Shown: piece by piece, positions 18,637 through 28,378 of the stretch
Layout: each line of letters starts with the position of its first letter
Numbering within the stretch: position 1 is the stretch's first letter
Assembly (NCBI GenBank): GCA_048463395.1
Contig: DBFWPL010000002.1
Coordinates: 24,098 to 88,097, forward strand
Reading direction: 5' to 3'
From: Alphaproteobacteria bacterium
Lineage (GTDB): Bacteria > Pseudomonadota > Alphaproteobacteria > RF32 > CAG-239
DNA length: 64,000 nucleotides
Made by a program: the position numbers and the translations under genes
The notes under the pieces: generated by a model
The model's database searches: none
Told to the model about the DNA's origin: nothing
Seen by the model: only the letters and a program-made list of their open reading frames with translations

Positions 18637-19962
18637 ATGAGACGTTTAATTATCAGTATTTTACTTACAATTTTGCTTTTGGTTTGGGGGCTCGACTTCT
18701 ATTGGTGCGGTGAGCCGAAGTGTTTTGACTGGAAGGTTTTCGTAATCATTTCGTCAATCGGCTTTTTGACAATGTATAAGCTGGTGCAGTATTTGGCCAA
18801 GTTTAAAATCGTGGAGCATAATTCGCGGATTGATATTGTGTTTATTGTCTGTGTGGTTGCCTTTATGTATTTTCCGGCGTCCAAAATCAACCATGACGAA
18901 ATTTCGGTGCAGGAAAACCGGGTGTTGGCAAAATATGTTCCTCTGACCGAAAACGGAAAAATCAATTATAATTACGGGCGGGATTTTGAGGCTTGGTTTA
19001 ATGACCGATTTAATCAGCGGAAGTTTTTTATCGACGTTCATTCCGCCCTCAGTCGTTTTATTGATAAAAAACTCAAGAATGAAAAAGCCATGGCCGGAAA
19101 AGACAACTGGCTGTTTACCAAACGTTGGAACTCGGTTGAAATGTTCCAAAACAAAGAACTCTTCTCTGATGAGGATTTGCAGGAAATTAAAGAAAAGCTG
19201 GAAGGGATGAAGAAGTGGGCTGCTAAGTACGGAATTAAATTTTATGTCTTTTTAATTCCGGATAAAGAGCGGATTTATCCGGAATATTATCCGAAGGAAT
19301 TCAAAAAAGTACGTGAAGAATCTAAGATTAATCAGCTTTATGATTTTATTCGGACGCAGACAAGTGTTCCTGTTGTGTATCCGTATGAGGCTTTGATGGC
19401 GGCGAAACCGAATCATATTCTTTATTATAAAACCGGAACGCATTGGAATCACCGCGGAGCTTATGTGGCTTATCAGGAAATGATGAAAATGCTCAAAAAG
19501 GATTTTCCGTCCCTTTATGTGATGAAAGAAAGCGACTTTAATATTCAGCCGAAACTGGAGGCAGATGTGGACATCGCTTCGGCATTGGGAATTGATGCTT
19601 ACAGCGTTTTTCCGAAAGAAGATTTGACTTATGAGGTGTTTGAGGTAAAAAATCCGAAAACCGTCAGCGGGCATGAGTGGGTAAACAAAAAGAAAAAAAT
19701 TGAAACCTATGATTATGTCAACAGGGAAGGCGGGCGGAAGCCTCGGGCTGTTTTTTACGGCGACAGCATGTTTCTTCGGATGAACTGGTATACGGCGGAA
19801 AGCTTTGCCAAAATGCAGCATATTTATACCGGTTACGGGCGGAATTTTGACGTTGCCTATATGGCCGAAGATATCAAAAAGCAAAAACCGGATATTTTCG
19901 TGATTGAAACCGGAGAGCGGTTTTTAGAGCGTTTGCAAAAATTGGAAGTTCCGGAGGATTAG
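18637..19962 (+). CDS. DHHW-family (AlgJ/PatB-like) polysaccharide O-acetyltransferase partner
   Basis: N-terminal TM segment. The KTGTHWNHRGA motif resembles the DHHW signature. Immediately upstream of an MBOAT gene. Confidence 0.5.
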   Translation: MRRLIISILLTILLLVWGLDFYWCGEPKCFDWKVFVIISSIGFLTMYKLVQYLAKFKIVEHNSRIDIVFIVCVVAFMYFPASKINHDEISVQENRVLAKYVPLTENGKINYNYGRDFEAWFNDRFNQRKFFIDVHSALSRFIDKKLKNEKAMAGKDNWLFTKRWNSVEMFQNKELFSDEDLQEIKEKLEGMKKWAAKYGIKFYVFLIPDKERIYPEYYPKEFKKVREESKINQLYDFIRTQTSVPVVYPYEALMAAKPNHILYYKTGTHWNHRGAYVAYQEMMKMLKKDFPSLYVMKESDFNIQPKLEADVDIASALGIDAYSVFPKEDLTYEVFEVKNPKTVSGHEWVNKKKKIETYDYVNREGGRKPRAVFYGDSMFLRMNWYTAESFAKMQHIYTGYGRNFDVAYMAEDIKKQKPDIFVIETGERFLERLQKLEVPED

Positions 19963-19966
19963 TCTT

Positions 19967-21373
19967 ATGTTATTCAGTTCCATGACATTTTTGTTTGTGT
20001 TTATGCCTCTGGTTTTGACGGCGTATATTTTATCTAAGAAAGAAATCCGCAATTATATTCTGCTGGCGGCGAGTATTATTTTTTATGCTTGGGGAGAGCC
20101 TCGGTATTTGGCGATAATGATTATTACCATTATTACCAATTATGTCGGAGCCCTGTTGCTGGACAGGTATGAAAATCCCCTGAAACGGAAGTCGGCGTTG
20201 TTTGCCACTTTGGCTGTGGATTTGGGCTTTTTGGTTTATTTCAAATATTTCAATTTTATTATTGATAATATCAACTGGTATTGGGCGACGGATTTTGAGT
20301 TTATTGACGTGATTATGCCGATTGGTATTTCATTTTATACGTTTCAGGCAATTTCTTATTTGTTGGATGTGTATCGCAAAGAGGAAAAAGCCCAGAGGGA
20401 TATTTATAAACTAGCGTTGTATATTGTGTTGTTTCCGCAGTTGGTGGCCGGGCCGATTGTCAAATATCATGATGTTTGCGAGCAGATTGACGAACGTTCG
20501 GTCGAATTTAAGTATGTGATTATCGGTTTTAAGCGTTTTATTATGGGACTGGCAAAAAAAGTGTTGATTGCCAATACGTTGGCAGCGGTTGTCGATAAGA
20601 TATTCGCTCAATCTCCCGATCAGCTCAGCTGGGGAATGTCTTGGCTGGGGGCAACGGCTTATGCCATGCAGTTGTATAATGATTTCAGCGGTTATTCCGA
20701 TATGGCCATCGGTTTGGGGTTGATGTTCGGATTTAAGTTTTTGGAGAACTTTAATTATCCCTATATCTCTAAATCGGTTACGGAATTTTGGCGGCGGTGG
20801 CATATTTCCCTGTCCACATGGTTTAAGCAGTATCTTTATATTCCTTTGGGCGGAAACCGAATCAGCCCGGTTCGGACCTATGTAAACCTGTTTTTGGTTT
20901 TTGTCATTACGGGTGTTTGGCACGGAGCCAGCTGGAGTTTTGTGGTTTGGGGCATTTGGAATGGCATATTTATTGTTTGGGAGCGTTTTTCCGGCTGGAA
21001 CAAAGACAGCAACGACAAATTTTCGTTAGCTTTTGCCCGCCATGTCTATGCATTGCTGATTATCCTTTTAGGTTTGATTATTTTCCGTTCTGATACTTTA
21101 GGGTATTCTTGGGAGTATATCAAAGTGATGCTGAAGATAAAGAATAATTCGGGTATTCCGGAATTTGACTATGGACTGAATTATAAGTTTGCGATTGCTT
21201 TTGTCAGCGGTTTGGTCTTGTCTCTGCCTTTGTTTAAGAATATTTTATATGTGAAATATGAACATAAAGTTTTGCGTACGGTGATTAATATCTGGCTCTT
21301 TATGTTGTTCTTCCTTTCGACAACGGCGTTGGCGTCATCGACGTATAATCCGTTTATTTATTTCCGTTTTTAA
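19967..21373 (+). CDS. MBOAT family membrane-bound O-acetyltransferase (AlgI/PatA/DltB-like)
   Basis: Multi-TM protein with conserved MBOAT His region (WRRWHISLSTWFKQYLYIPLGG). GGAGGA SD. Confidence 0.8.
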   Translation: MLFSSMTFLFVFMPLVLTAYILSKKEIRNYILLAASIIFYAWGEPRYLAIMIITIITNYVGALLLDRYENPLKRKSALFATLAVDLGFLVYFKYFNFIIDNINWYWATDFEFIDVIMPIGISFYTFQAISYLLDVYRKEEKAQRDIYKLALYIVLFPQLVAGPIVKYHDVCEQIDERSVEFKYVIIGFKRFIMGLAKKVLIANTLAAVVDKIFAQSPDQLSWGMSWLGATAYAMQLYNDFSGYSDMAIGLGLMFGFKFLENFNYPYISKSVTEFWRRWHISLSTWFKQYLYIPLGGNRISPVRTYVNLFLVFVITGVWHGASWSFVVWGIWNGIFIVWERFSGWNKDSNDKFSLAFARHVYALLIILLGLIIFRSDTLGYSWEYIKVMLKIKNNSGIPEFDYGLNYKFAIAFVSGLVLSLPLFKNILYVKYEHKVLRTVINIWLFMLFFLSTTALASSTYNPFIYFRF

Positions 21374-21418
21374 AAGCTTTTTATAGCATATCTAACGTTA
21401 TTTAGCGGAGAGAAAAAT

Positions 21419-22024
21419 TCATGTACTTTTTATTTCCTGCCAAGCTTCGCGGAACCAAGGGTGCAGAGAAGACGGTGTGTTTCTTTCATTGTCAAGATTA
21501 CTGAAGTGACATTTGATTGCTTCATCAAGGGATGTTTCAAGGCATTTTAAGATTTCCGGCATATAAGTCGATGTTTGAAGGGAATCCATAGACATTTTGT
21601 CAGCCAGAAAAATAATTTTATCCAGTTGGGAAGCTTTTTTTCGCAGTGTGGTATGAAAATTGATGGCGTTCAGGACTTCTTTATCGGTAATGTTAAAGCT
21701 TTCAACCGCGATAATTCGGGATAAGCGTTGATTTAACAAAAACGGAGAATGATATTCCGTTTCATAAATAGCTAAGTCGTAATCTTTGGCAAAATCTATG
21801 TAATTTTCTTCCGAAAGCAGGTCGGCGATATTGTGCAGCAAGGCAGCATCGGAAGCTTGGTGTTCATCCAGTCCGAATTTTTTGGCCAAGGCAACAGCGT
21901 GGAATCTGGTTTGAAGGGCGTGGGCAAGGCTTTTTTCTTTGTGAGCCGAGCGAAAGTTGATTTTAACATTTTCTTCCAAAGATAATGCTGGAGAATAAGC
22001 AATTTCGGCATCAGTCATCGGCAC
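21419..22024 (-). CDS. HD-domain-like hydrolase (YqeK-like, HD->HN variant)
   Basis: HAVALAKKFGLDEH...AALLHNIADL resembles the HD phosphohydrolase motif, with Asn replacing the Asp. Confidence 0.4.
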   Translation of the reverse strand: MPMTDAEIAYSPALSLEENVKINFRSAHKEKSLAHALQTRFHAVALAKKFGLDEHQASDAALLHNIADLLSEENYIDFAKDYDLAIYETEYHSPFLLNQRLSRIIAVESFNITDKEVLNAINFHTTLRKKASQLDKIIFLADKMSMDSLQTSTYMPEILKCLETSLDEAIKCHFSNLDNERNTPSSLHPWFREAWQEIKST

Positions 22025-22259
22025 CTCTTTTTCTTATTAACTGTTCTATATATAATTGATTTTTTGAAAATTGCCAGCAAAAAATAATATATAGGAAAAT
22101 TCGGCGGTTATTGTTGAGAAAATGGTTTATTCGTTGAGTTATAAGATAAAGTGTGTTACGCTGACAAAACACAGCTCTCAATCAAATAAAGTTTGGCTTA
22201 TGGAAAAGAGTAATTTTGATTTTTGTGATAATTTGAAAAAGAAACTGGCGGACAGTCTG

Positions 22260-23138
22260 ATGACTGATCAGAATAAAGTCGTGGTTAAAATCCATGGTGG
22301 TTTGGGGCGGCAGATGTTCCAATATGCTTGTGCCAGAGCTTATGCCTTGAGGCATGCAAAAAAATTGTTTTTAGATATTTCTTCCGGGGTTCCGTGGAGC
22401 AAAAGCAAGCGTCCGTATCAGCTGGATGTTTTTAATATCAATGCGGAGATACTTTCGGAAGAAGAGGTCAAACAATGGCATGCGAAATTACGTTTTCCGA
22501 GGTTTTTGAGAAAACTTCTGGGTTTTAAAATTTATGAAGAGAATCCGCAGAAGTTTCGTTATAATTCCAAAGTCGCCGGTAACGGAAATTATCGTTATCT
22601 GAGCGGACGGTTTGCCAGCGACCGTTATTTTGAAGGGTTTGAAGACGAGATTTGTCATGATTTTGATTTTCGGATAGCTCCGTCTCCGGCCAATCAAAAA
22701 CTGATTGATAAAATTACGTCAGAAAATTCGGTGGGTATTCACGTTCGCTGCAAGCCTTATGCTTATACCAAAAATTTCAGCGAAATGCGAGGCATGTGCT
22801 CTTTTGATTATTATATGTCGGCAATCAATTATATTATCCGTCGGGTTGAAAAACCGGTGTTTTATATATTTTCGGATAATCCGCAGTGGGTGAAGGAGAA
22901 TTTCAAAATTTCGTATCCGATAACGATTGTAACCTTGAATGAAGATAAAAACTGTTTTGATGATTTGCGTCTAATGAGTTTGTGCAAGCATAACATTATG
23001 GCCAACAGTTTCTTTTCGTGGTGGGCATCATGGCTTAACAAAAACAGGCATAAAATTATCATTGCTCCGGAAAAATGGTTTCATACCAAAGATTTGGATG
23101 TGACCGACCTGATACCGGAAAATTGGATAAAAATGTAA
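22260..23138 (+). CDS. glycosyltransferase family 11 (alpha-1,2-fucosyltransferase-like)
   Basis: KVVVKIHGGLGRQMFQYACARAYA matches the GT11 N-terminal motif (xGGLGNQMFQYA). The ORF is open from 22122, but the homologous start is M at 22260; the upstream extension is probably untranslated. Confidence 0.65.
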   Translation: MTDQNKVVVKIHGGLGRQMFQYACARAYALRHAKKLFLDISSGVPWSKSKRPYQLDVFNINAEILSEEEVKQWHAKLRFPRFLRKLLGFKIYEENPQKFRYNSKVAGNGNYRYLSGRFASDRYFEGFEDEICHDFDFRIAPSPANQKLIDKITSENSVGIHVRCKPYAYTKNFSEMRGMCSFDYYMSAINYIIRRVEKPVFYIFSDNPQWVKENFKISYPITIVTLNEDKNCFDDLRLMSLCKHNIMANSFFSWWASWLNKNRHKIIIAPEKWFHTKDLDVTDLIPENWIKM

Positions 23139-23256
23139 ACTTTCTTTCCCATATTAAATTTAGACAAAAAATATCCTCAACCCCAATAATGTTTTGACAT
23201 ATTTTTCCAACTAAGGCTATTATGTAGTCGGTTTAGTTATATTCTTCGGAAAAAAC

Positions 23257-24477
23257 GTGTCGGAAAAAAAGAACATAAAAATTTTATATGATGTCGAGCA
23301 GCTTATGAAAGAAGCGGTTTCCGCAAGGAGCGGCATTTTCAGAGTGGCTGATGAATTGTTTAAATATCTTGTTTCAGCCGCCAACGTGGATTTGTATTTA
23401 GCCGTTACGGAGAATAAAGGTAATCTGCCGATGTATCTCAAAAGTATCGGCAGGGAGGATTTGCTTGATAAGACGGTTGTTTTGCCGGCGGCAAAGGTTA
23501 TGACCAAAAATAAGAATATGCTTCAGACATTGAGAAGCAAGGTTTGGGCATTTTTTCTGAAATCGTCGTATCAAAAGAAATTATCCGGTTTCGATTGGTA
23601 TTTTTCGCCGTTTTCTCCTGTTTCTCCGCTGATTTATCAGCACAAAATCAAAACGGCGGTTATGGTTCATGATATTATACCGATTGTGCGTCCTGATTTG
23701 GCGGATAAAGGGTCTAAATTTGTAAAAAAGTATAAAAACTGGATGTCTTCGTTGAAAGCTGATTTGATTGTTTTTAATTCGGTTTCTTCGCAGAAGGATT
23801 TTCTGAACTTCAGAAAAGATGTTCTCCCTTATAAAACGTTGGTGGCATATTTAGGAGCCGATGAGCGTTTTGTTCCGGTTGACGGAGAGAAAAAGCCTGC
23901 CGTCGTTTTGCAGAAATATTCCGTTGCAGGAAAGCGTTATATTCTGTCCTTGGCTGATCGGAACAAAAGAAAGAACTTTCCGCATTTGATAGCTTCTTTT
24001 GTTAAGTTTCTTGAGAAAACGGGAAATGAAGATGTTTGTCTGGTGTTGGCCGGACCGCGTCGGAAAGGCGGTGTGGAGCTGGATGGCGTGATTTCCGGTT
24101 ATGAAAAATACCGCGGCAGAATAGTGAATGCAGGTTTTGTGGAAGAGGGCGATTTGGCTTCCTTATACGGCAATGCCGAGTTTTTTGTTTATCCTTCTTT
24201 GTATGAAGGTTTTGGGCTGCCGGTGCTCGAGGCGATGAAATGCGGGGTTCCGGTTATCTGCGGGAATAATTCCTCTTTGCCGGAAGTGGCCGGAGATGCG
24301 GTTTTGTATGTCAGCGGAACGGACGAAGAAGAAACGGCAGAGGTGATGGTTCGTTTATTTAATGATAAACATCTTCAAAATTCTTTGATCAAAAAAGGGT
24401 TGGAACGGGGAGCCGGATTTTCGTGGAAAAGAACGGGAGAAACGGTTTTCAGTGCTTTTCAATCTTTCGGAAACTGA
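23257..24477 (+). CDS. glycosyltransferase family 4 (GT1-group)
   Basis: FVYPSLYEGFGLPVLEAMKCGVPVICGNNSSLPEV is the classic EX7E retaining-GT motif. Confidence 0.8.
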   Translation: MSEKKNIKILYDVEQLMKEAVSARSGIFRVADELFKYLVSAANVDLYLAVTENKGNLPMYLKSIGREDLLDKTVVLPAAKVMTKNKNMLQTLRSKVWAFFLKSSYQKKLSGFDWYFSPFSPVSPLIYQHKIKTAVMVHDIIPIVRPDLADKGSKFVKKYKNWMSSLKADLIVFNSVSSQKDFLNFRKDVLPYKTLVAYLGADERFVPVDGEKKPAVVLQKYSVAGKRYILSLADRNKRKNFPHLIASFVKFLEKTGNEDVCLVLAGPRRKGGVELDGVISGYEKYRGRIVNAGFVEEGDLASLYGNAEFFVYPSLYEGFGLPVLEAMKCGVPVICGNNSSLPEVAGDAVLYVSGTDEEETAEVMVRLFNDKHLQNSLIKKGLERGAGFSWKRTGETVFSAFQSFGN

Positions 24478-24569
24478 GAATATATGTGGGTATCGTGCTA
24501 AAGAATGTTGTTTTCCGCGGGGTAACGTGTAACATGGGTGTTATTACGAAATAATTCAAAGGAATACCT

Positions 24570-25454
24570 ATGAAAGGCATAATTTTAGCGGGAGGCAGCG
24601 GTTCACGGCTGTATCCTTTAACAAAAATCACCAGTAAACAGCTTCTGCCGGTGTATGACAAGCCGATGATTTATTATCCGTTGTCAACGCTGATGTTGTT
24701 TGGTATTAAAGACATTCTCATTATTTCCACGCCGCAAGACACGCCGAATATCGAAAAGCTTTTCGGTAACGGGCATAATCTGGGGCTGGATATCTCCTAT
24801 AAAGTTCAGGAAGAACCGAAGGGGATTGCTCAGGCGTTTACCTTGGGGGCGGATTTTATCGGCTCTGAGGATGTTTGCCTGATTTTGGGGGATAATATTT
24901 TCTATATGGGAGAGCAGTTAAAGCTTTTTCGCGAGGAAATCTCAAAAAATACGGGAGGAACGGTTTTCGGATATCATGTGTCTGATCCGGAACGTTTCGG
25001 TGTGGTTGAGTTTGATAAAAACCACAAAGCGGTTTCTATTGAAGAAAAGCCTAAACAGCCGAAATCCAACTATGCGGTGGTCGGGTTGTATTTTTATACC
25101 TCCGATGTGGTGGAAAAAGCCCGTAAGCTGAAACCTTCCGCCCGCGGAGAGTTGGAAATTACCGATTTGAACAAAGAATATCTGGCTGAGGGACGGCTTA
25201 ACGTTGTTACCATGAAACGGGGCAACGCCTGGCTGGATGCCGGAACGCCGCAGTCTTTGCTGGATGCTTCCAATTTTATCGGCATTATTGAAAAAAGGCA
25301 GGATTTGAAAATCGCCTGTATTGAGGAAATCGCCTATAAACGCGGATTTATCAATGATGAACAGATGCAGGGCATTATCGCGTCTCTGAAAGACGGAACG
25401 GATTACAAAGCTTATTTGCAAAGAGTTTATGAGGACAGCCATGAAGATTATTAA
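24570..25454 (+). CDS. rmlA: glucose-1-phosphate thymidylyltransferase
   Basis: MKGIILAGGSGSRLYPLT…KQLLPVYDKPMIYYPL signature. AAGGA SD. Confidence 0.9.
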   Translation: MKGIILAGGSGSRLYPLTKITSKQLLPVYDKPMIYYPLSTLMLFGIKDILIISTPQDTPNIEKLFGNGHNLGLDISYKVQEEPKGIAQAFTLGADFIGSEDVCLILGDNIFYMGEQLKLFREEISKNTGGTVFGYHVSDPERFGVVEFDKNHKAVSIEEKPKQPKSNYAVVGLYFYTSDVVEKARKLKPSARGELEITDLNKEYLAEGRLNVVTMKRGNAWLDAGTPQSLLDASNFIGIIEKRQDLKIACIEEIAYKRGFINDEQMQGIIASLKDGTDYKAYLQRVYEDSHEDY

Positions 25455-25986
25455 TACGGATATTGAAGGTGTATATATCATTGAACCGCAGCTTTTTGAA
25501 GATTCCAGAGGTTATTTTTTTGAAAGCTATAACAAGGCAAAAATGGATGAAGCCGGATTAAAGTATGATTTTATTCAGGATAACCAGTCAAAGTCTTGTT
25601 TCGGGACTATTCGCGGTGTTCATTTTCAGAAAGGGGAATTTGCCCAAGCGAAACTGGTTCGTGTTCTGGAAGGGACGGTTTTGGATGTGGCCGTGGATTT
25701 GCGGAAAGGTTCCAAAACTTTCGGACGTCATGTAGCGGTCGAACTTTCTGCCGAAAATAATCGTCAGTTAATGATTCCGAGAGGCTTCGGGCATGGTTTT
25801 TCGGTTTTGACGCCGACGGCGGTTTTTGCCTATAAGTGTGATAATGTTTACAATAAAGCCAGCGAAGGCGGCGTGCGTTTTGATGATCCGGATTTGAATA
25901 TTGACTGGAAGGTTAAACCGGAAGAGGCTGTTTTATCTGAAAAAGACAAGCTTCTGCCATTGTTGAAGGATATTGAATGTTTTTAG
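25441..25986 (+). CDS. rmlC: dTDP-4-dehydrorhamnose 3,5-epimerase
   Basis: Cupin fold with RGVHFQ and RGFGHGF motifs. GAGGA lies 5 nt upstream of the ATG at 25441 (the track start at 25429 is also possible). Confidence 0.85.
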   Translation: MKIINTDIEGVYIIEPQLFEDSRGYFFESYNKAKMDEAGLKYDFIQDNQSKSCFGTIRGVHFQKGEFAQAKLVRVLEGTVLDVAVDLRKGSKTFGRHVAVELSAENNRQLMIPRGFGHGFSVLTPTAVFAYKCDNVYNKASEGGVRFDDPDLNIDWKVKPEEAVLSEKDKLLPLLKDIECF

Positions 25987-26813
25987 TTACGGGAGCCAAC
26001 GGGCAGCTCGGAAACGAACTCCGGTTAAGACTTGGGGAACAAGCCCGATATGTTGACAGAGATGAGCTGGATATTACGGATGCGGAAGCCGTACAGGCTT
26101 TTGTAAAAGGAAAGAATTTCGACGCTATTGTTAATTGTGCGGCTTATACGGCGGTTGACAAAGCCGAAGGCGATGTTGAAACGGCAGAAAAAATTAATGT
26201 CCAAGGTCCGGCCAATTTGGCAAAAACAGGTATTCCTTTAATACATGTTTCCACGGATTATGTTTTTGACGGGACGGCTTGCGTGCCATATACCGAAGAT
26301 GTTCAGCCAAATCCAAACTCTGTTTACGGACGGACAAAGCTGGCAGGGGAGCAGGTTGTTGCTAAATATTCCCAAGCAGCGGTCATTGTTCGGACGGCGT
26401 GGTTGTATTCCTGTTTCGGAAATAATTTTGTTAAGACCATGCGGCGTTTGGGAGCGGAAAGAGAAAGCCTTAATGTGGTTTTTGACCAAGCGGGAACACC
26501 GACATATGCCGGAGATTTGGCGGCGGCAATTGTTGAAATTCTCGGAAAAATGCCGCAACAGGGATGTGAGGTTTATCACTTTTCCAACGAGGGTGTTTGT
26601 TCTTGGTATGATTTTGCTTTGGAGATTATGAAACTTTCAGGGTTAAAATGCAAAGTTTTTCCGATTGAAAGCAAAGATTATCCGACGCCGGCCAAGCGTC
26701 CGTCTTATTCGGTTTTGAACAAGGGTAAAATCAAAAAAGATTTTGGCGTTGCCATCAGGCATTGGTCTGAGGCTTTGGCGGAATGTATTGAAAAGATGAA
26801 AGCGGAGAATTAA
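25977..26813 (+). CDS. rmlD: dTDP-4-dehydrorhamnose reductase
   Basis: MFLVTGANGQLG Rossmann motif, YGRTK catalytic motif. AAGGA SD. Confidence 0.85.
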   Translation: MFLVTGANGQLGNELRLRLGEQARYVDRDELDITDAEAVQAFVKGKNFDAIVNCAAYTAVDKAEGDVETAEKINVQGPANLAKTGIPLIHVSTDYVFDGTACVPYTEDVQPNPNSVYGRTKLAGEQVVAKYSQAAVIVRTAWLYSCFGNNFVKTMRRLGAERESLNVVFDQAGTPTYAGDLAAAIVEILGKMPQQGCEVYHFSNEGVCSWYDFALEIMKLSGLKCKVFPIESKDYPTPAKRPSYSVLNKGKIKKDFGVAIRHWSEALAECIEKMKAEN

Positions 26814-26814
26814 A

Positions 26815-27831
26815 ATGAAGTCAATTTTGGTTACCGGGGGAGCCGGTTTTATCGGGGCAAATTTTGTGCCTTATTTTGCAAAAAAGTATCCTGAATATAA
26901 AGTTATCAATTTGGATAAACTGACGTATGCCGGAAATCTTGATAATCTGAAAGATTGCGACGGGCAGGATAATTATTGTTTTGTTCAAGGCGATATTTGT
27001 GATGCCGCTTTAATCGAAAAACTTTTTAATGAGCATGATATTCGCGGAGTGGTTCATTTTGCGGCGGAAAGTCATGTTGATAATTCGATTACGGGGCCGA
27101 GAGCGTTTGTTGAAACGAATCTACTCGGAACGTTTACGCTTTTGGATGCGGCTCGTAAATATTGGATGAAGGCTCCGTATGAATATAAAGAAGGTTATGA
27201 GAATTGCCGTTTTCATCATATTTCCACCGATGAGGTTTACGGGGCTTTGGGTGAAACGGGTTTCTTTACGGAAACAACCCCTTATGACCCGAGTTCTCCT
27301 TATTCGGCTTCCAAGGCCGGTTCGGATATGTTGGTGAGAGCATATCACCGGACATACGGGATGAATGTTACGGTTTCCAACTGTTCTAACAATTACGGGC
27401 CGAAGCAACATCCGGAAAAGTTGATTCCGAAAATTATTTCCAATGCTTTGAGCGGTAAGAACATTCCGATTTACGGCGATGGTAAAAATGTTCGCGATTG
27501 GCTGTATGTTCTTGACCACTGCAAGGCTATCGACTTGATTTTTCATAAAGGAAAAAGCGGGGAGACATATAACATCGGCGGACATAACGAAAAGAACAAT
27601 CTGGAGATTGTCGATGCGATTTGCTCCATTCTGGATGAGAAAATGCCGGCTGCGGACGGGAAATCTTACAAAGATTTGATTGTTTTTGTGAAAGACCGTC
27701 CGGGGCATGATCGGCGTTATGCGATTGATGCAGAAAAGCTGACGACACGGTTGGGGTGGAAAGCGGATGAGAATTTTGCTTCCGGTATTGTTAAGACTGT
27801 GGATTGGTATTTGCAAAATATGAAGAAATAA
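26815..27831 (+). CDS. rmlB: dTDP-glucose 4,6-dehydratase
   Basis: ILVTGGAGFIGANF, YSASKA and HISTDEVYG motifs. GGAGA SD. Confidence 0.9.
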   Translation: MKSILVTGGAGFIGANFVPYFAKKYPEYKVINLDKLTYAGNLDNLKDCDGQDNYCFVQGDICDAALIEKLFNEHDIRGVVHFAAESHVDNSITGPRAFVETNLLGTFTLLDAARKYWMKAPYEYKEGYENCRFHHISTDEVYGALGETGFFTETTPYDPSSPYSASKAGSDMLVRAYHRTYGMNVTVSNCSNNYGPKQHPEKLIPKIISNALSGKNIPIYGDGKNVRDWLYVLDHCKAIDLIFHKGKSGETYNIGGHNEKNNLEIVDAICSILDEKMPAADGKSYKDLIVFVKDRPGHDRRYAIDAEKLTTRLGWKADENFASGIVKTVDWYLQNMKK

Positions 27832-27839
27832 CCAAAAAG

Positions 27840-27862
27840 CCTCTCTTCCGAGAGGCTTTTTG
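27840..27862. terminator. terminator hairpin after rmlB
   Basis: aaaaagcctctcttccgagaggctttttgg. Confidence 0.55.
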
Positions 27863-27863
27863 G

Positions 27864-28121
27864 TTAATCAATCAGTTCAATTTGAATTTTCTTTTTGAAG
27901 AATTTGGTAAAACGGGTCAGATAGGCAAGGGCGAAAGTCGTACCGTTTTCAACCTCAATCCAGCGGTCGGACTGAAAGTCAAGAATGTCGCACAGTTCGG
28001 CAACGGAATAATTGTTATCGGTTCGGATTTGTTCAATTTGCCGACCAAGCAAAATGGTTGTTTCCGGATTGCGTTCGGCAAAGTTTGTGTTAAACGGACG
28101 GTTTTTTCTTTTACTCATTTT
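27864..28121 (-). CDS. small HTH (XRE/Cro-type) transcriptional regulator
   Basis: AAGGAG lies 6 nt upstream of the ATG at 28121. LGRQIEQIRTDNNYSVAELCDIL... helix-turn-helix. The track ORF from 28223 includes an untranslated leader. Confidence 0.55.
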   Translation of the reverse strand, partial: KMSKRKNRPFNTNFAERNPETTILLGRQIEQIRTDNNYSVAELCDILDFQSDRWIEVENGTTFALAYLTRFTKFFKKKIQIELID

Positions 28122-28134
28122 CAAACTCCTTAAT

Positions 28135-28340
28135 TTGTTTATATAAAACAAAACCGCCTCAGAAATCCTAAGGCGGTGGAGCTCAAAAACTGTCATAGCA
28201 CAGTCAGCCTTATTCGTCTGCAAAGCAGCTTATATCGACTTACTCCACCTGCTGGTGGATTGCTACGAAGATGTTTTTGAGACACCGCAGTTCACCTCTG
28301 AACTGCAGAAGAATGATAGCGGAAACAGGTTAATTTGCAA
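28135..28340 (-). ncRNA. candidate small RNA or structured leader (unknown family) with intrinsic terminator
   Basis: Non-coding ~200 nt between the typA terminator and the HTH gene. Several perfect local hairpins (gcagttca/tgaactgc, ccacc/ggtgg). Ends in a ccgcc...ggcgg hairpin plus U-tract on the minus strand (28166..28128). Confidence 0.25.
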
Positions 28341-28342
28341 TT

Positions 28343-28376
28343 AAAAAAAAGCTCCTAAAAAAGGAGCTTTTCGAAA
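28343..28376 (-). terminator. rho-independent terminator of typA
   Basis: agctcctaaaaaaggagct hairpin followed by T8 on the minus strand, immediately after the typA stop. Confidence 0.75.
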
Positions 28377-28378
28377 AG

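Noticed and set aside
28135-28340. 4.5S SRP RNA or 6S RNA as the identity of the structured intergenic RNA
   Set aside because: The conserved SRP domain IV sequence (GGAAGCAGCCAAGG-like) is absent. The architecture (terminated, multiple short hairpins) does not fit the long imperfect duplex with a central bubble expected for 6S. It is left as unknown.
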